NCBI GenBank assembly: GCA_017601345.1
Contig: JAFNIT010000006.1
Span: 1-58,915, forward strand
Source of the DNA: Candidatus Brockarchaeota archaeon
Lineage (GTDB): Archaea > Thermoproteota > EX4484-205 > JAAOZP01
Reading direction: 5' to 3'
Length of the DNA: 58,915 nucleotides
The position numbers were made by a program, and so were the translations under genes. This document shows, one piece after another, positions 50,732-58,915 of the stretch (the stretch's first letter is position 1; each line of letters opens with the position of its first letter). The notes beneath the pieces are model-generated. The model saw only the letters and a program-made list of their open reading frames with translations. It searched no databases and was not told the origin of the DNA.

Positions 50732-51307
50732 ATGAGTGTGTTTAAGAAGCTTAAGGAAAAGGTGACTCCTCCCAAAGCTAGATTGACAATTGAGCTGAAG
50801 AAACCTTTCTTTGTTCTTGGAGATAGCATAGAGGGTGTCTTGAAATTAGAGTCTCAAGAAGAATTTTATTGTACTGAAATAAGATGCGAGCTAGAATGTG
50901 TGGAACGAGTGCGTAGAATAAGAAGATTTTACGATGCAAATCTTAAGAGGGATGTTGAGCAGCAAGTTTGGGAGTCTGCAGTACTATTTTCAACAAGACC
51001 CCCGTTAATCGGGGCAATGCATATTCCTGAGGGCTTTATTTAGAACTTTCCATTTAAGATACCGATCCCGCATGGAGCCCAACCCTCTTTCAAGAGTCTA
51101 GATAGGATTGTTGTCTGGAGTCTCAAGGGGGTTGTTGCTGTAGAAGGCCGTCCTGATGCAACCAGCAAGACTATAGAGCTACAGATTACTCATCCCTCAC
51201 AAGTTCCCCAACCGCTGGTTTCAACGGTTACTTGCAAGTATTGTGGGACTGTTTATCCTGAAAGCGAGGTTAAGTGCCCCAATTGTGGAGCTCCTCGTAC
51301 GCTTTAG
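50732..51307 (+). pseudogene. Arrestin-N/SpoOM-like protein plus zinc ribbon, interrupted by in-frame TAG at 51041-51043
   Basis: Same frame continues NFPFKIPIP...WSLKGVVAVEGRPD...CKYCG...CPNCGA to TAG at 51305-51307. Confidence 0.75.
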
Positions 51308-51730
51308 AGTTTTTTAAACGTTTCTCAGCATCTTCAATGAGCCTTAGGAAATAATCATTGCCGAGATTTTCTCCACTACCTAATCCAGGACATGAAGGGT
51401 CAGCTTCGAAAACATAGGTAGTGCCGATTTTACGCATAAGGAGAGGGTAAAATCTGCATACTAGCGGTCTATCAGAGTATATTTTACACATATTATAAGG
51501 ATCTAAGAAGCATTTCCCTGAAACCGGTTTCATAACGTATGGGTATTTTTCGTCAATATTTTTATCAGCAAAATTTTCTATTCTAAGTCCTTCTCAGTTA
51601 GGACTATCTTTTTCTCTTAACTGTATACGTGTTCATACAACATTTTCCGCAAAGTATGTATTTGAACTCTGTATCTGGAAAAGAAATATCTAACTTTCTC
51701 CTCGATAAATCGTTTTTACTTTTTTGCATT
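51270..51730 (-). pseudogene. YkgJ-family cysteine-cluster protein, frameshifted 5' part
   Basis: C-terminal CFL...CKIYSDRPLVCRFYP...CPGLG; N-terminal CGKCC lies upstream, out of frame. Confidence 0.7.
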
Positions 51731-51834
51731 CTATCCTTGGATTTAACTCTATATTGTGATATTTAAGCTTGCAATTGTTTTAATAGAGAAGCTTTAAAAA
51801 TCCCTTTAAATTCGTTTTAACAAGGTGATAATGG

Positions 51835-52347
51835 CTGAACGAGTTTCAACTATTGGCATTAACGGCTGCTGACAATATTAAGGGTGCTTCTAAGGACGAA
51901 ATCAAGAGAGCTAGCCGGGTGAGTGAGAAAGAGCTTCAGGAACTTATTAAAAAAGGGTATTTAGAGACTATAAAGACGAGGGGTAGGATTGTTAAATATA
52001 GGACTACGGAATCTGGCAGAGAGTATTGTGCGCGTGAAGCCAAGAATTTAAAATTGCTAAAATATTTGAAGGCTAAGCAGGTTTCCAACACCGTGTTTCT
52101 CAATGCTTTAAAGTCTGCTTACATGAACCTTGTAAGAACGAGCCCCATAGCCCCCTACGTCAAGGTATCTGATTTACGTGCAAGGTTGAAGGTTGAGCTA
52201 GGAATCGAAGATAATGAATTCGACAAAAGGATCATAGAACTAAACAGCAGCAACCCATACGACATCCAGCTCCACATCGGAAGTGGAGAACCACATGAAG
52301 GTGTGAAAACGGCGAGAGGTGTTTACCATTATGTCATCATCAAATAG
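51835..52347 (+). CDS. Small protein with winged-helix domains (ORF track start 51853; probable CTG start at 51835)
   Basis: LQELIKKGYL...YRTTESG wHTH; second basic domain YVKVSDLRARL...EFDKRIIEL. Confidence 0.7.
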   Translation: MNEFQLLALTAADNIKGASKDEIKRASRVSEKELQELIKKGYLETIKTRGRIVKYRTTESGREYCAREAKNLKLLKYLKAKQVSNTVFLNALKSAYMNLVRTSPIAPYVKVSDLRARLKVELGIEDNEFDKRIIELNSSNPYDIQLHIGSGEPHEGVKTARGVYHYVIIK

Positions 52348-54154
52348 GTATCGCCCATTAATGTTAGAGGCAAATCCGTTTCCACTAACTCCCGTCCCAA
52401 CCAGAATATGGATTTTGGGAGGAGAATCGAGGATCAATGCGCTTAAGAGGATTAGGGAGGAGATAGAATACTCTTTCAGACTTGAGGAGCCGAAAATAGA
52501 CATGCTCATCGGGGATGCTGGAAGTGGAAAGACTCATCTAGCACTTCATCTCCAATACTTGTTAAGCCAAGAGAAGCCAAGCCAACCCTTCTCCTATCTC
52601 TCCACCATCCAAGATTCCGTTTACAAACCTTCTCTAATATTCTTTGCTTTAAAAGTTGTTGAAGCCCTTGGTGGAGAAGGCTTTTTAAAGAATCTGTCCT
52701 TGAGGTTGCATCAGGTTTTAATCTCAAGAATGGTACCAGGGTTGTTTGATGAAGCTGTTTCAACAAACATATTCTCAATCATATTGGGGAGAGGAAGAGC
52801 TGTAAGTGAAGTTCTGGATAGAGCTCTTGCAGACTTCAGGTCTATAGGCGAGCTTGTGGAAAAGGGTATTTTAGACATAACCAAGCTTGTAAAGATCGAG
52901 CTCCAAGAACTTTCTCAAATCCTCGAGACGAGGTTCGAACCCTATAAAGCCAGAAGGTTTGCTGACCCGAGCCTGGCGAAATGGATACTCTGGCTACCGC
53001 ACCCATACTACGGCAGTTGGGGTATGAAGCATATTAATGACTATGTGAGAGAATCCGATGATAATGCTCTCAAGTTTTTAACAACAATTGTTAATCTATC
53101 TAAAATCATAAGCAATACCCCCTTCGTGATAGTTGTGGACGAAGTTGAAACTCTTTCTGAAGACAATGTTGACGTTTTCTTTCATACTTTAAAAAGGATT
53201 GTTGACAGCGGCCCGGGAGGATTATTCATACTCTTGCTTCTAACACCTAGAATGTTCGAAGACTTGAAAAGCCAGAGGTTTAGAGTTGCACCAGCTATAG
53301 TTAGCAGGGTCTCTTCAGCGCCAATAAGCCTTGAGAAAATAAGCGTTGAAGAAGCCAAGGATATTGTTGACAGGTATGTAAGAGCCTTATACTTGGATAA
53401 GGGTGATGATGGCTATACGAGGATGTTTCCTATGGATAGTGTAAAACTTTTATGGGCTAATTCTGGGGGTGAAATAAGGAGGCTACTTTCTGAATGCTTT
53501 ACGTGCATCGAGATACTTGCAGAGAGGGTTAAAGAAGGTTCTACCGAGCCTAGGTGGGTTGACACGACGATAGTAATGGAAGCGATTGCTAAAATGGGTT
53601 TACCGCTTATAGAAGCAGTAGTCCCGATAGAGCCTGATAGCGATGTTAGAAGCCAAATACTCGCCAGGTTCTACAATATTGAAAAGTCTTCGGAAAGAAG
53701 CATTGTGATTGAACAGGCGATTATAACTCTAATAGAGGCAGGATTAGGTAAGGAGAATCTCATTAGGAGGAAAAGGATAAACGTATCTCTAACCAAGAAG
53801 AGGGAAGTGGATCTGCTTTTTACAGATAGTACTGCTGGAGGAATTATGGTTGGAGTTGTAATTAAGGCTTTGAAACCTCAAGAGGCGCTTGGGATAGGCA
53901 GTGTTGAATCCTTGATAGATTTGGCTAAGAGCAGGAAACTCGACAAACTAATCCTGCTCACAACAAGTCCTCTAAACGCTGATTCTCAAAGTGCTCTGAA
54001 ACAATTTGAAAACGTTAAAGTACTGTTTCTGAATGATGAGAAGATTTCCACGCTCATATACGTGTCTCAAGTGTTCAAAAACCTATCTAGGCCGGAAAGA
54101 TTAACTCCCGAGACCTCCTTGGAAGTATTGCGGAAAATAAACCTAATAGGCTAA
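52331..54154 (+). CDS. P-loop AAA-type ATPase with C-terminal restriction-endonuclease-like (Mrr-type) domain
   Basis: NPF, GDAGSGKTH, VVDEVE, SRV, GEIRRLL; C-terminal EQAI...REVDLLF...VVIK...LILLTT. Confidence 0.7.
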   Translation: MSSSNRYRPLMLEANPFPLTPVPTRIWILGGESRINALKRIREEIEYSFRLEEPKIDMLIGDAGSGKTHLALHLQYLLSQEKPSQPFSYLSTIQDSVYKPSLIFFALKVVEALGGEGFLKNLSLRLHQVLISRMVPGLFDEAVSTNIFSIILGRGRAVSEVLDRALADFRSIGELVEKGILDITKLVKIELQELSQILETRFEPYKARRFADPSLAKWILWLPHPYYGSWGMKHINDYVRESDDNALKFLTTIVNLSKIISNTPFVIVVDEVETLSEDNVDVFFHTLKRIVDSGPGGLFILLLLTPRMFEDLKSQRFRVAPAIVSRVSSAPISLEKISVEEAKDIVDRYVRALYLDKGDDGYTRMFPMDSVKLLWANSGGEIRRLLSECFTCIEILAERVKEGSTEPRWVDTTIVMEAIAKMGLPLIEAVVPIEPDSDVRSQILARFYNIEKSSERSIVIEQAIITLIEAGLGKENLIRRKRINVSLTKKREVDLLFTDSTAGGIMVGVVIKALKPQEALGIGSVESLIDLAKSRKLDKLILLTTSPLNADSQSALKQFENVKVLFLNDEKISTLIYVSQVFKNLSRPERLTPETSLEVLRKINLIG

Positions 54155-54188
54155 TGTTTATTTCTTCTCCCCCTAGTTAATAAGCGTG

Positions 54189-55967
54189 CTAGGATGCTTT
54201 AACGTCGTTTCTAGAACCCTCCCCATACCTGTCTTCATATAATTCCTTAATGACAGTATCAACTAATTCTTTCAACCTTTCCTCGCTTACACCATACTTC
54301 GCCGCTACTTTCCTAAGCCTCTTGATAACTGTTGGATGCGTTTGAAAAGCCTCCTGTCCTTTAGAAGCCTCGATTGGAATAAGGTTAAGAACGGAAAGCT
54401 TCACAAGAGCCTTCACATAAGCTTCGGGATTAATGCCTATTTTCAGAACAAAATCGTCAGCCTTTCTTTCAAAAACCCTTATTACGAAATATAGCATTAA
54501 AAACCACGATATGAATAAAGCGATATAGACTGAGATGGTCACTAGCATTATTAATATCTCGGATGCATTAAAAGCCTGTTTCAGAGTTTTCAAGAAATCT
54601 GCTATAAACCCATATGAATTACCAACCGTAAAAACGAATACCAGAGCAAAAACAATAGCTATCGGCATATGATTATACTTTATATGGCCGATCTCATGAA
54701 GGATTATTGTGCTTAATTCTTCGTCATCTAGATTTTTCTCAGCTGTCTCCGTCACAACCACTTTCCTCCTGAATAATCCGATAACCCCTGCATTCGCAAC
54801 CGTCCCATAGAACGTCCTAACCTTTATTATCGGAGGTGCTTTTTTCAAGCCTACTTTGGAAACCGCTTCTAAGAATATTCTCAACAACCTTTCATCCATG
54901 GCAACCATTCCCTTTCGAGATGATAAGTCGATTATTAACGACATTCCTACAAAACCCATTAAGAAACCAATGATTATTAAAAACTGTTGTAAAAACAAGG
55001 GCTGGATAAACTTAGATAGAGGATCATAAGCTAGAGAGTTTATTACTATGATGATAAATATGAGAGACAAGGGTAGTAAGTTTGCAACCAATGAGAATTT
55101 TTTAACATCCTTTTCATATTCCAACATCTTCCTGAACGGGGGGATTTCTTTCAATATTGGTTTTAAATATTTGCCATGCAGCCTCGTCCAAGTCAGAAGT
55201 AGAAAGGCGAGGGGAGCGAATAAAGTTAATGCAAAAGCAAGTGCTGTAGCCCATATGAAGCTTACTCTCCATGCCACGGAGATTGCTGAAGGCAATCCTA
55301 AAAGAGGTGGAGTTGGCAGGAAAACTATGAGGAATCCCATAAGCAGTAAGGCTGCTGGAGCATAGTTAAAAATAATCATCAACTTGTTAACCTTCTTCGA
55401 TGCGACTTGATATTCTTCAAGCCGGCTGAGCTTTAAAACTCTCCTACTCCATAAGGCGATAGCAAAAGCGCATAGAGACGGGGCTGCAAATAAAACTATT
55501 ATAGAAAAAATTAGAGTCCAAACAGTTACTTCTACTTTTTTAACCGCTATCAATAGCTGTTTGTTTTCATATATGCAAGCTTCCGTAAGATTATGCACGA
55601 CTTGTAGCGACGAGGGATATTCTATTGCAATTATAACTGGTTTAGCCAAATGGGGCAGTATCTCCGTTAAATCATATATGAGTAGAAACTCATCGCTATC
55701 GCTCCAGCTTATGGGGAATGTTATGAGGTAACTGCCATCGGAAAGCTTCTCAGATTTTCTAAGCTCATAACCATGGGCTTTCAGGTTTTCAGCAATCTCA
55801 ATGAAATTAAAAATTCCACCTGATATTTCTACTAGCGGCTTTTCATCAATAAGCTTAATAGTTATAGAACTCCCTTGAGAACCTGAAGCACTCGTTTGAG
55901 AAAAAGCTATTATTAAAATTATTATCAGGACGCTTACAAGTGCATTCAGCCACTTAAAGCTGAGCAT
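54189..55967 (-). CDS. M48 (HtpX/Ste24) membrane zinc metalloprotease with extended N-terminal region
   Basis: ANAG, HEIGH, ERKAD, THP; multiple TM helices. Confidence 0.9.
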   Translation of the reverse strand: MLSFKWLNALVSVLIIILIIAFSQTSASGSQGSSITIKLIDEKPLVEISGGIFNFIEIAENLKAHGYELRKSEKLSDGSYLITFPISWSDSDEFLLIYDLTEILPHLAKPVIIAIEYPSSLQVVHNLTEACIYENKQLLIAVKKVEVTVWTLIFSIIVLFAAPSLCAFAIALWSRRVLKLSRLEEYQVASKKVNKLMIIFNYAPAALLLMGFLIVFLPTPPLLGLPSAISVAWRVSFIWATALAFALTLFAPLAFLLLTWTRLHGKYLKPILKEIPPFRKMLEYEKDVKKFSLVANLLPLSLIFIIIVINSLAYDPLSKFIQPLFLQQFLIIIGFLMGFVGMSLIIDLSSRKGMVAMDERLLRIFLEAVSKVGLKKAPPIIKVRTFYGTVANAGVIGLFRRKVVVTETAEKNLDDEELSTIILHEIGHIKYNHMPIAIVFALVFVFTVGNSYGFIADFLKTLKQAFNASEILIMLVTISVYIALFISWFLMLYFVIRVFERKADDFVLKIGINPEAYVKALVKLSVLNLIPIEASKGQEAFQTHPTVIKRLRKVAAKYGVSEERLKELVDTVIKELYEDRYGEGSRNDVKAS

Positions 55968-56040
55968 ATTTTACTTTTTCCCTAAATCTGTCTAATTTAA
56001 ATTTTGCTTATAAAAAGTTATAAAAGCGTCCTCATCCATA

Positions 56041-57078
56041 TTGTTAGAAGTGAAGTTTCTCCTAACGTTTCCAGTTGGCATTGAGGATATAGTTAAGGAG
56101 GAGATTAAAGAGAAGACTGGATGCTTAATCGAAGAAAATCCTCTTAACGTTCCTGGTAAATTCATTATTCAACTACCGGAATCCAAGAGAAGTATTGTCT
56201 CATCGCTTAGGAGCGTAGATTCTATTGTGGAATACATTGGCTCGCTCAAGATTAGCAGGGATACGAGTGCTCTCGACAAGATTTGTCAAGAAATGTTGAG
56301 TATTGAATTCCCAGAGGATTTCCGTAATGCTTCTTCCTTCCGAGTTACTTGCGAGAGAAAAGGTGAACATGATTATACGAGCATGGATGTTGAAAAGGCT
56401 GTTGGTCAAGTTTTAGTAGATAAATACCGTCTTAAAGTTAAGCTTGAAGATTTTGAAATAAATGTTTTCGTAGAGATTATTGACAACTCGTGCTTTATAG
56501 GATTGCTTAAGGAGGAGTATTTGCGTAGAAGATACTTTGTCTTCAACCATCCTGCTGCTATCAAGCCTTCCATAGCTTATGCGATGATCAGATTGGCTGA
56601 TGTTAAACCAGGCATGACTGTGCTCGACCCTATGTGTGGGGGTGGCACAATACTTATTGAAGCAGCTTTAGCACTAAACAACGTGAAACTCTATGGTTTC
56701 GATATTTCTGAATACTTCTTAGAGGGTGGAGTGTTAAATGCTGAAGCCATGGGCCTTAGCGATCAGATAGTTTTTAAGAGAGTCGATTGCAAAAAGCTTT
56801 CAAAGCTTATTGACTTTAAAATCGACAGAATAATAACAAATCCTCCATATGGTACTAAACCCCTGCCCAAAATGGATCCATGCCCACTATATTTCAAATG
56901 TCTAACAGAGATGAAAAAGGTTTTGACAGAAGATGGAAAAATAGTTATAATAACCCTTAAGCCTGATTGCGTAAAAAATATTGCGCATAGGGTGGGACTT
57001 AAAATAGAGCATGAGAGAACTGTAAAGCACAATGATACTCTCCCCCAGATTTTTCTTCTATCGAGCTCTTTAAGTTAA
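56041..57078 (+). CDS. THUMP-domain tRNA guanine-N2 methyltransferase (Trm14-like)
   Basis: SFRVTCERKGEHDYTSMD, HPAAIKPSIA, DPMCGGGTI, TNPPYG. Confidence 0.88.
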   Translation: MLEVKFLLTFPVGIEDIVKEEIKEKTGCLIEENPLNVPGKFIIQLPESKRSIVSSLRSVDSIVEYIGSLKISRDTSALDKICQEMLSIEFPEDFRNASSFRVTCERKGEHDYTSMDVEKAVGQVLVDKYRLKVKLEDFEINVFVEIIDNSCFIGLLKEEYLRRRYFVFNHPAAIKPSIAYAMIRLADVKPGMTVLDPMCGGGTILIEAALALNNVKLYGFDISEYFLEGGVLNAEAMGLSDQIVFKRVDCKKLSKLIDFKIDRIITNPPYGTKPLPKMDPCPLYFKCLTEMKKVLTEDGKIVIITLKPDCVKNIAHRVGLKIEHERTVKHNDTLPQIFLLSSSLS

Positions 57079-57107
57079 TTTTAAATTTATCGCCGTGAAG
57101 TAAACTT

Positions 57108-58115
57108 ATGAAACCACGCATCTTTATCTCGCGTAGGATACAGGAATCTGCAATAGAGATGCTCAGAAAATATTGTGAAGTTGAAATCTATGACTCTGAA
57201 TACCCTGTGCCTCGAGATGTTTTAATTAAAGGCTTAGAGGACAAAGATGCTGCACTCATACTTTTGAGCGACAGAATTGACAAAGAAGTTCTGAACAATG
57301 CTAAGAGGCTTAAGGTTTTAAGTACGATGAGCGCTGGTTACGACCACATAGATCTTGAAGAAGCTACTTCCAGAGGTATTTACGTTACAAACGTCCCAGC
57401 CGTCCTTACGGATGCTGTAGCAGAGTTTGCAATCGCCCTCATGTTTGCTGTTGCAAGGAGAATCGTCGAAGCCGATAAGTTTGTTAGAAGCGGCTCATGG
57501 AAGATCGCCTGGTCCCCAACCTTCATGCTGGGCTCAGGAATAGCCGGTAAAACTCTAGGTATAGTTGGACTTGGTTCTATAGGTCAAGCTATAGCGAGGA
57601 GAGCCAAGGGACTTAGTATGGATGTCATTTACTACAGTCGGACTAGGAAACTTGATTTTGAAAACGAGCTGGGAATAAGCTACGCTCCGTTCCACGAAGT
57701 TTTATCTAAAGCAGACTTCATAGTGCTATCCGTTGCTTTAACTCCTGAAGCGATGGGGATGGTGGGAGAGAAAGAGCTTAGGCTTATGAAGAAATCTTCC
57801 TACTTAATCAATATATCTAGGGGGCAGGTTGTTGATGAGGCTGCACTAACAAGAGCTCTTAAAGAAGGCTGGATAGCTGGAGCTGCTCTCGACGTGTTTA
57901 GTAAAGAACCTCTGGACCCTGATAATCCGCTGCTCAGCTTAAGTAACGTTGTCTTAACACCGCATATAGGTAGTGCTACTTTCGAAGCCAGGAGTAAGCT
58001 TGCTGAAACTGCTGCCGAAAACATACTGCTTCTTTTAAAGGGGGACGTTCCCGAAAGCCTACTCAATCCTGAAGTTATGAAGGTCAGGCCAATAGAAGAA
58101 ATCAAGATGCTTTAA
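57108..58115 (+). CDS. gyaR: Glyoxylate reductase / D-2-hydroxyacid dehydrogenase
   Basis: GYDHID, GLGSIG, NISRG, LDVF..EP, TPHIGSAT. Confidence 0.88.
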   Translation: MKPRIFISRRIQESAIEMLRKYCEVEIYDSEYPVPRDVLIKGLEDKDAALILLSDRIDKEVLNNAKRLKVLSTMSAGYDHIDLEEATSRGIYVTNVPAVLTDAVAEFAIALMFAVARRIVEADKFVRSGSWKIAWSPTFMLGSGIAGKTLGIVGLGSIGQAIARRAKGLSMDVIYYSRTRKLDFENELGISYAPFHEVLSKADFIVLSVALTPEAMGMVGEKELRLMKKSSYLINISRGQVVDEAALTRALKEGWIAGAALDVFSKEPLDPDNPLLSLSNVVLTPHIGSATFEARSKLAETAAENILLLLKGDVPESLLNPEVMKVRPIEEIKML

Positions 58116-58169
58116 GAAGCCCTTGCTATTAAATGTTTTTAAACCAGTCTATGCTTTTCCCTATAGGAG

Positions 58170-58706
58170 ATGAGTGAATTCGTTAGAAAATATGAGGAGG
58201 AAAGAGGTTTATCTGAAAAGATTGCCTCCTACATACCCGGTTACAGAGGATATAAGCAGAAGGAGGTTAGAAGGGAGGCGGATAAGCTTCTTCGAGGATT
58301 CATGGTTAGGAAGCTTGAGGCAGCAAGGTCAAACTTGAAGGACGTTGCCAAGGAGGTTGCTAATGCTGACGCCGTTGAATTGTTTAAGACACTGAATAGG
58401 GTTACTGCGGTAATTGATAGGGTGATAAATAAGGTTGAACATGCGGATTACGGCTACTCTGGATTCTTCGATTTCGTTAAGATACGTGAAGACGAGCTAG
58501 ATAGGCTTATGGATTATGACTATAAGCTCCTAGGAACTTGCGACGAAATATCTAGACTAGCCGTTGAAACGAGTAGTAACGCCAGTGCTGGAAGCCTCGA
58601 TATGCTCCCAAGCCTCCTTAAACAGCTTGAGTCTAGGCTCTTAGAATTCGAATCCGCATTCGCCTCTAGAGAGGAGGCTATAATATCCATTAAGGGAGGT
58701 GTTTAA
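58170..58706 (+). CDS. Conserved alpha-helical hypothetical protein
   Basis: IPGYRGYKQKEVRREADKLLR, ADYGYSGFFD; 2 bp upstream of the SPFH gene. Confidence 0.8.
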   Translation: MSEFVRKYEEERGLSEKIASYIPGYRGYKQKEVRREADKLLRGFMVRKLEAARSNLKDVAKEVANADAVELFKTLNRVTAVIDRVINKVEHADYGYSGFFDFVKIREDELDRLMDYDYKLLGTCDEISRLAVETSSNASAGSLDMLPSLLKQLESRLLEFESAFASREEAIISIKGGV

Positions 58707-58708
58707 GA

Positions 58709-58915
58709 ATGCCTCAGATAATAGAGTGGGTTGGAGCATCTGCCGAAGACATTGTCTGGAGATATCCTAAGGAGGAGATAACTTGGGGTGCACAGCTGAT
58801 AGTACACGAGTATGAGGCGGCAATATTCTTCAGAGACGGAAAAGCCTACGATGTACTTGGTCCAGGAAGACATACTTTAACTACGATGAATCTTCCGCTT
58901 CTGACTGGAGTATTA
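58709..58915 (+). CDS. SPFH/band-7 domain protein (YdjI-like), runs off the window end
   Basis: MPQIIEW...IVWRYP...QLIVHEYEAAIFFRDGK...GPGRHTLTTMNLP; GGAGGTG SD. Confidence 0.85.
   Translation, partial: MPQIIEWVGASAEDIVWRYPKEEITWGAQLIVHEYEAAIFFRDGKAYDVLGPGRHTLTTMNLPLLTGVL

Noticed and set aside
50732-51307. Genome-wide TAG reassignment
   Set aside because: TAG ends many apparently full-length genes here (e.g. 12687, 17232, 44170, 47718)
175-58105. Numerous short shadow ORFs overlapping longer genes
   Set aside because: Antisense or off-frame to well-supported CDSs, with no motifs
1-58915. CRISPR array, tRNA or rRNA genes
   Set aside because: No regularly spaced repeats or recognisable structural RNA found by eye; a covariance-model scan is needed to exclude small RNAs

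Overview
Gene-dense archaeal chromosomal window, probably a TACK-superphylum organism (inferred from ribosomal protein L13e, GGTGA Shine-Dalgarno motifs, TTTAAA-type TATA boxes, NurA/HerA and several KaiC-like ATPases). Main blocks: (i) 3.3-19.8 kb, a polysaccharide-utilisation-like locus with two membrane-anchored glycoside hydrolases, a cytoplasmic GH3 glycosidase and, instead of an ABC sugar transporter, an OPT-like protein, a 1519-aa degenerate-M28/FtsX-type fusion and a DUF6785-like polytopic protein. That last gene has an inverted, mosaic-identical paralog at 30.2-32.3 kb. (ii) A divergent nurA-herA-mre11-rad50 operon between the two paralogs. (iii) Housekeeping genes (KaiC-like ATPase plus primase-like protein, cutA, radical SAM, rpl13e, mpg, PHP phosphatase). 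(iv) 41.2-47.7 kb, a tightly coupled putative signalling operon: HTH-V4R regulator, KaiC-like ATPase, GH3 (auxin-responsive family) acyl-acid amido synthetase and a 7TM/DUF835-like receptor, with an ACT-V4R gene nearby. (v) A wHTH plus ATPase/restriction-endonuclease-fold pair, M48 protease, Trm14-like methyltransferase, glyoxylate reductase and a truncated SPFH gene. Several pseudogenes, one in-frame amber codon and two probable CTG starts are visible. No rRNA, tRNA, CRISPR array or transposase was recognised. All family calls are motif recognition by eye, not database searches.
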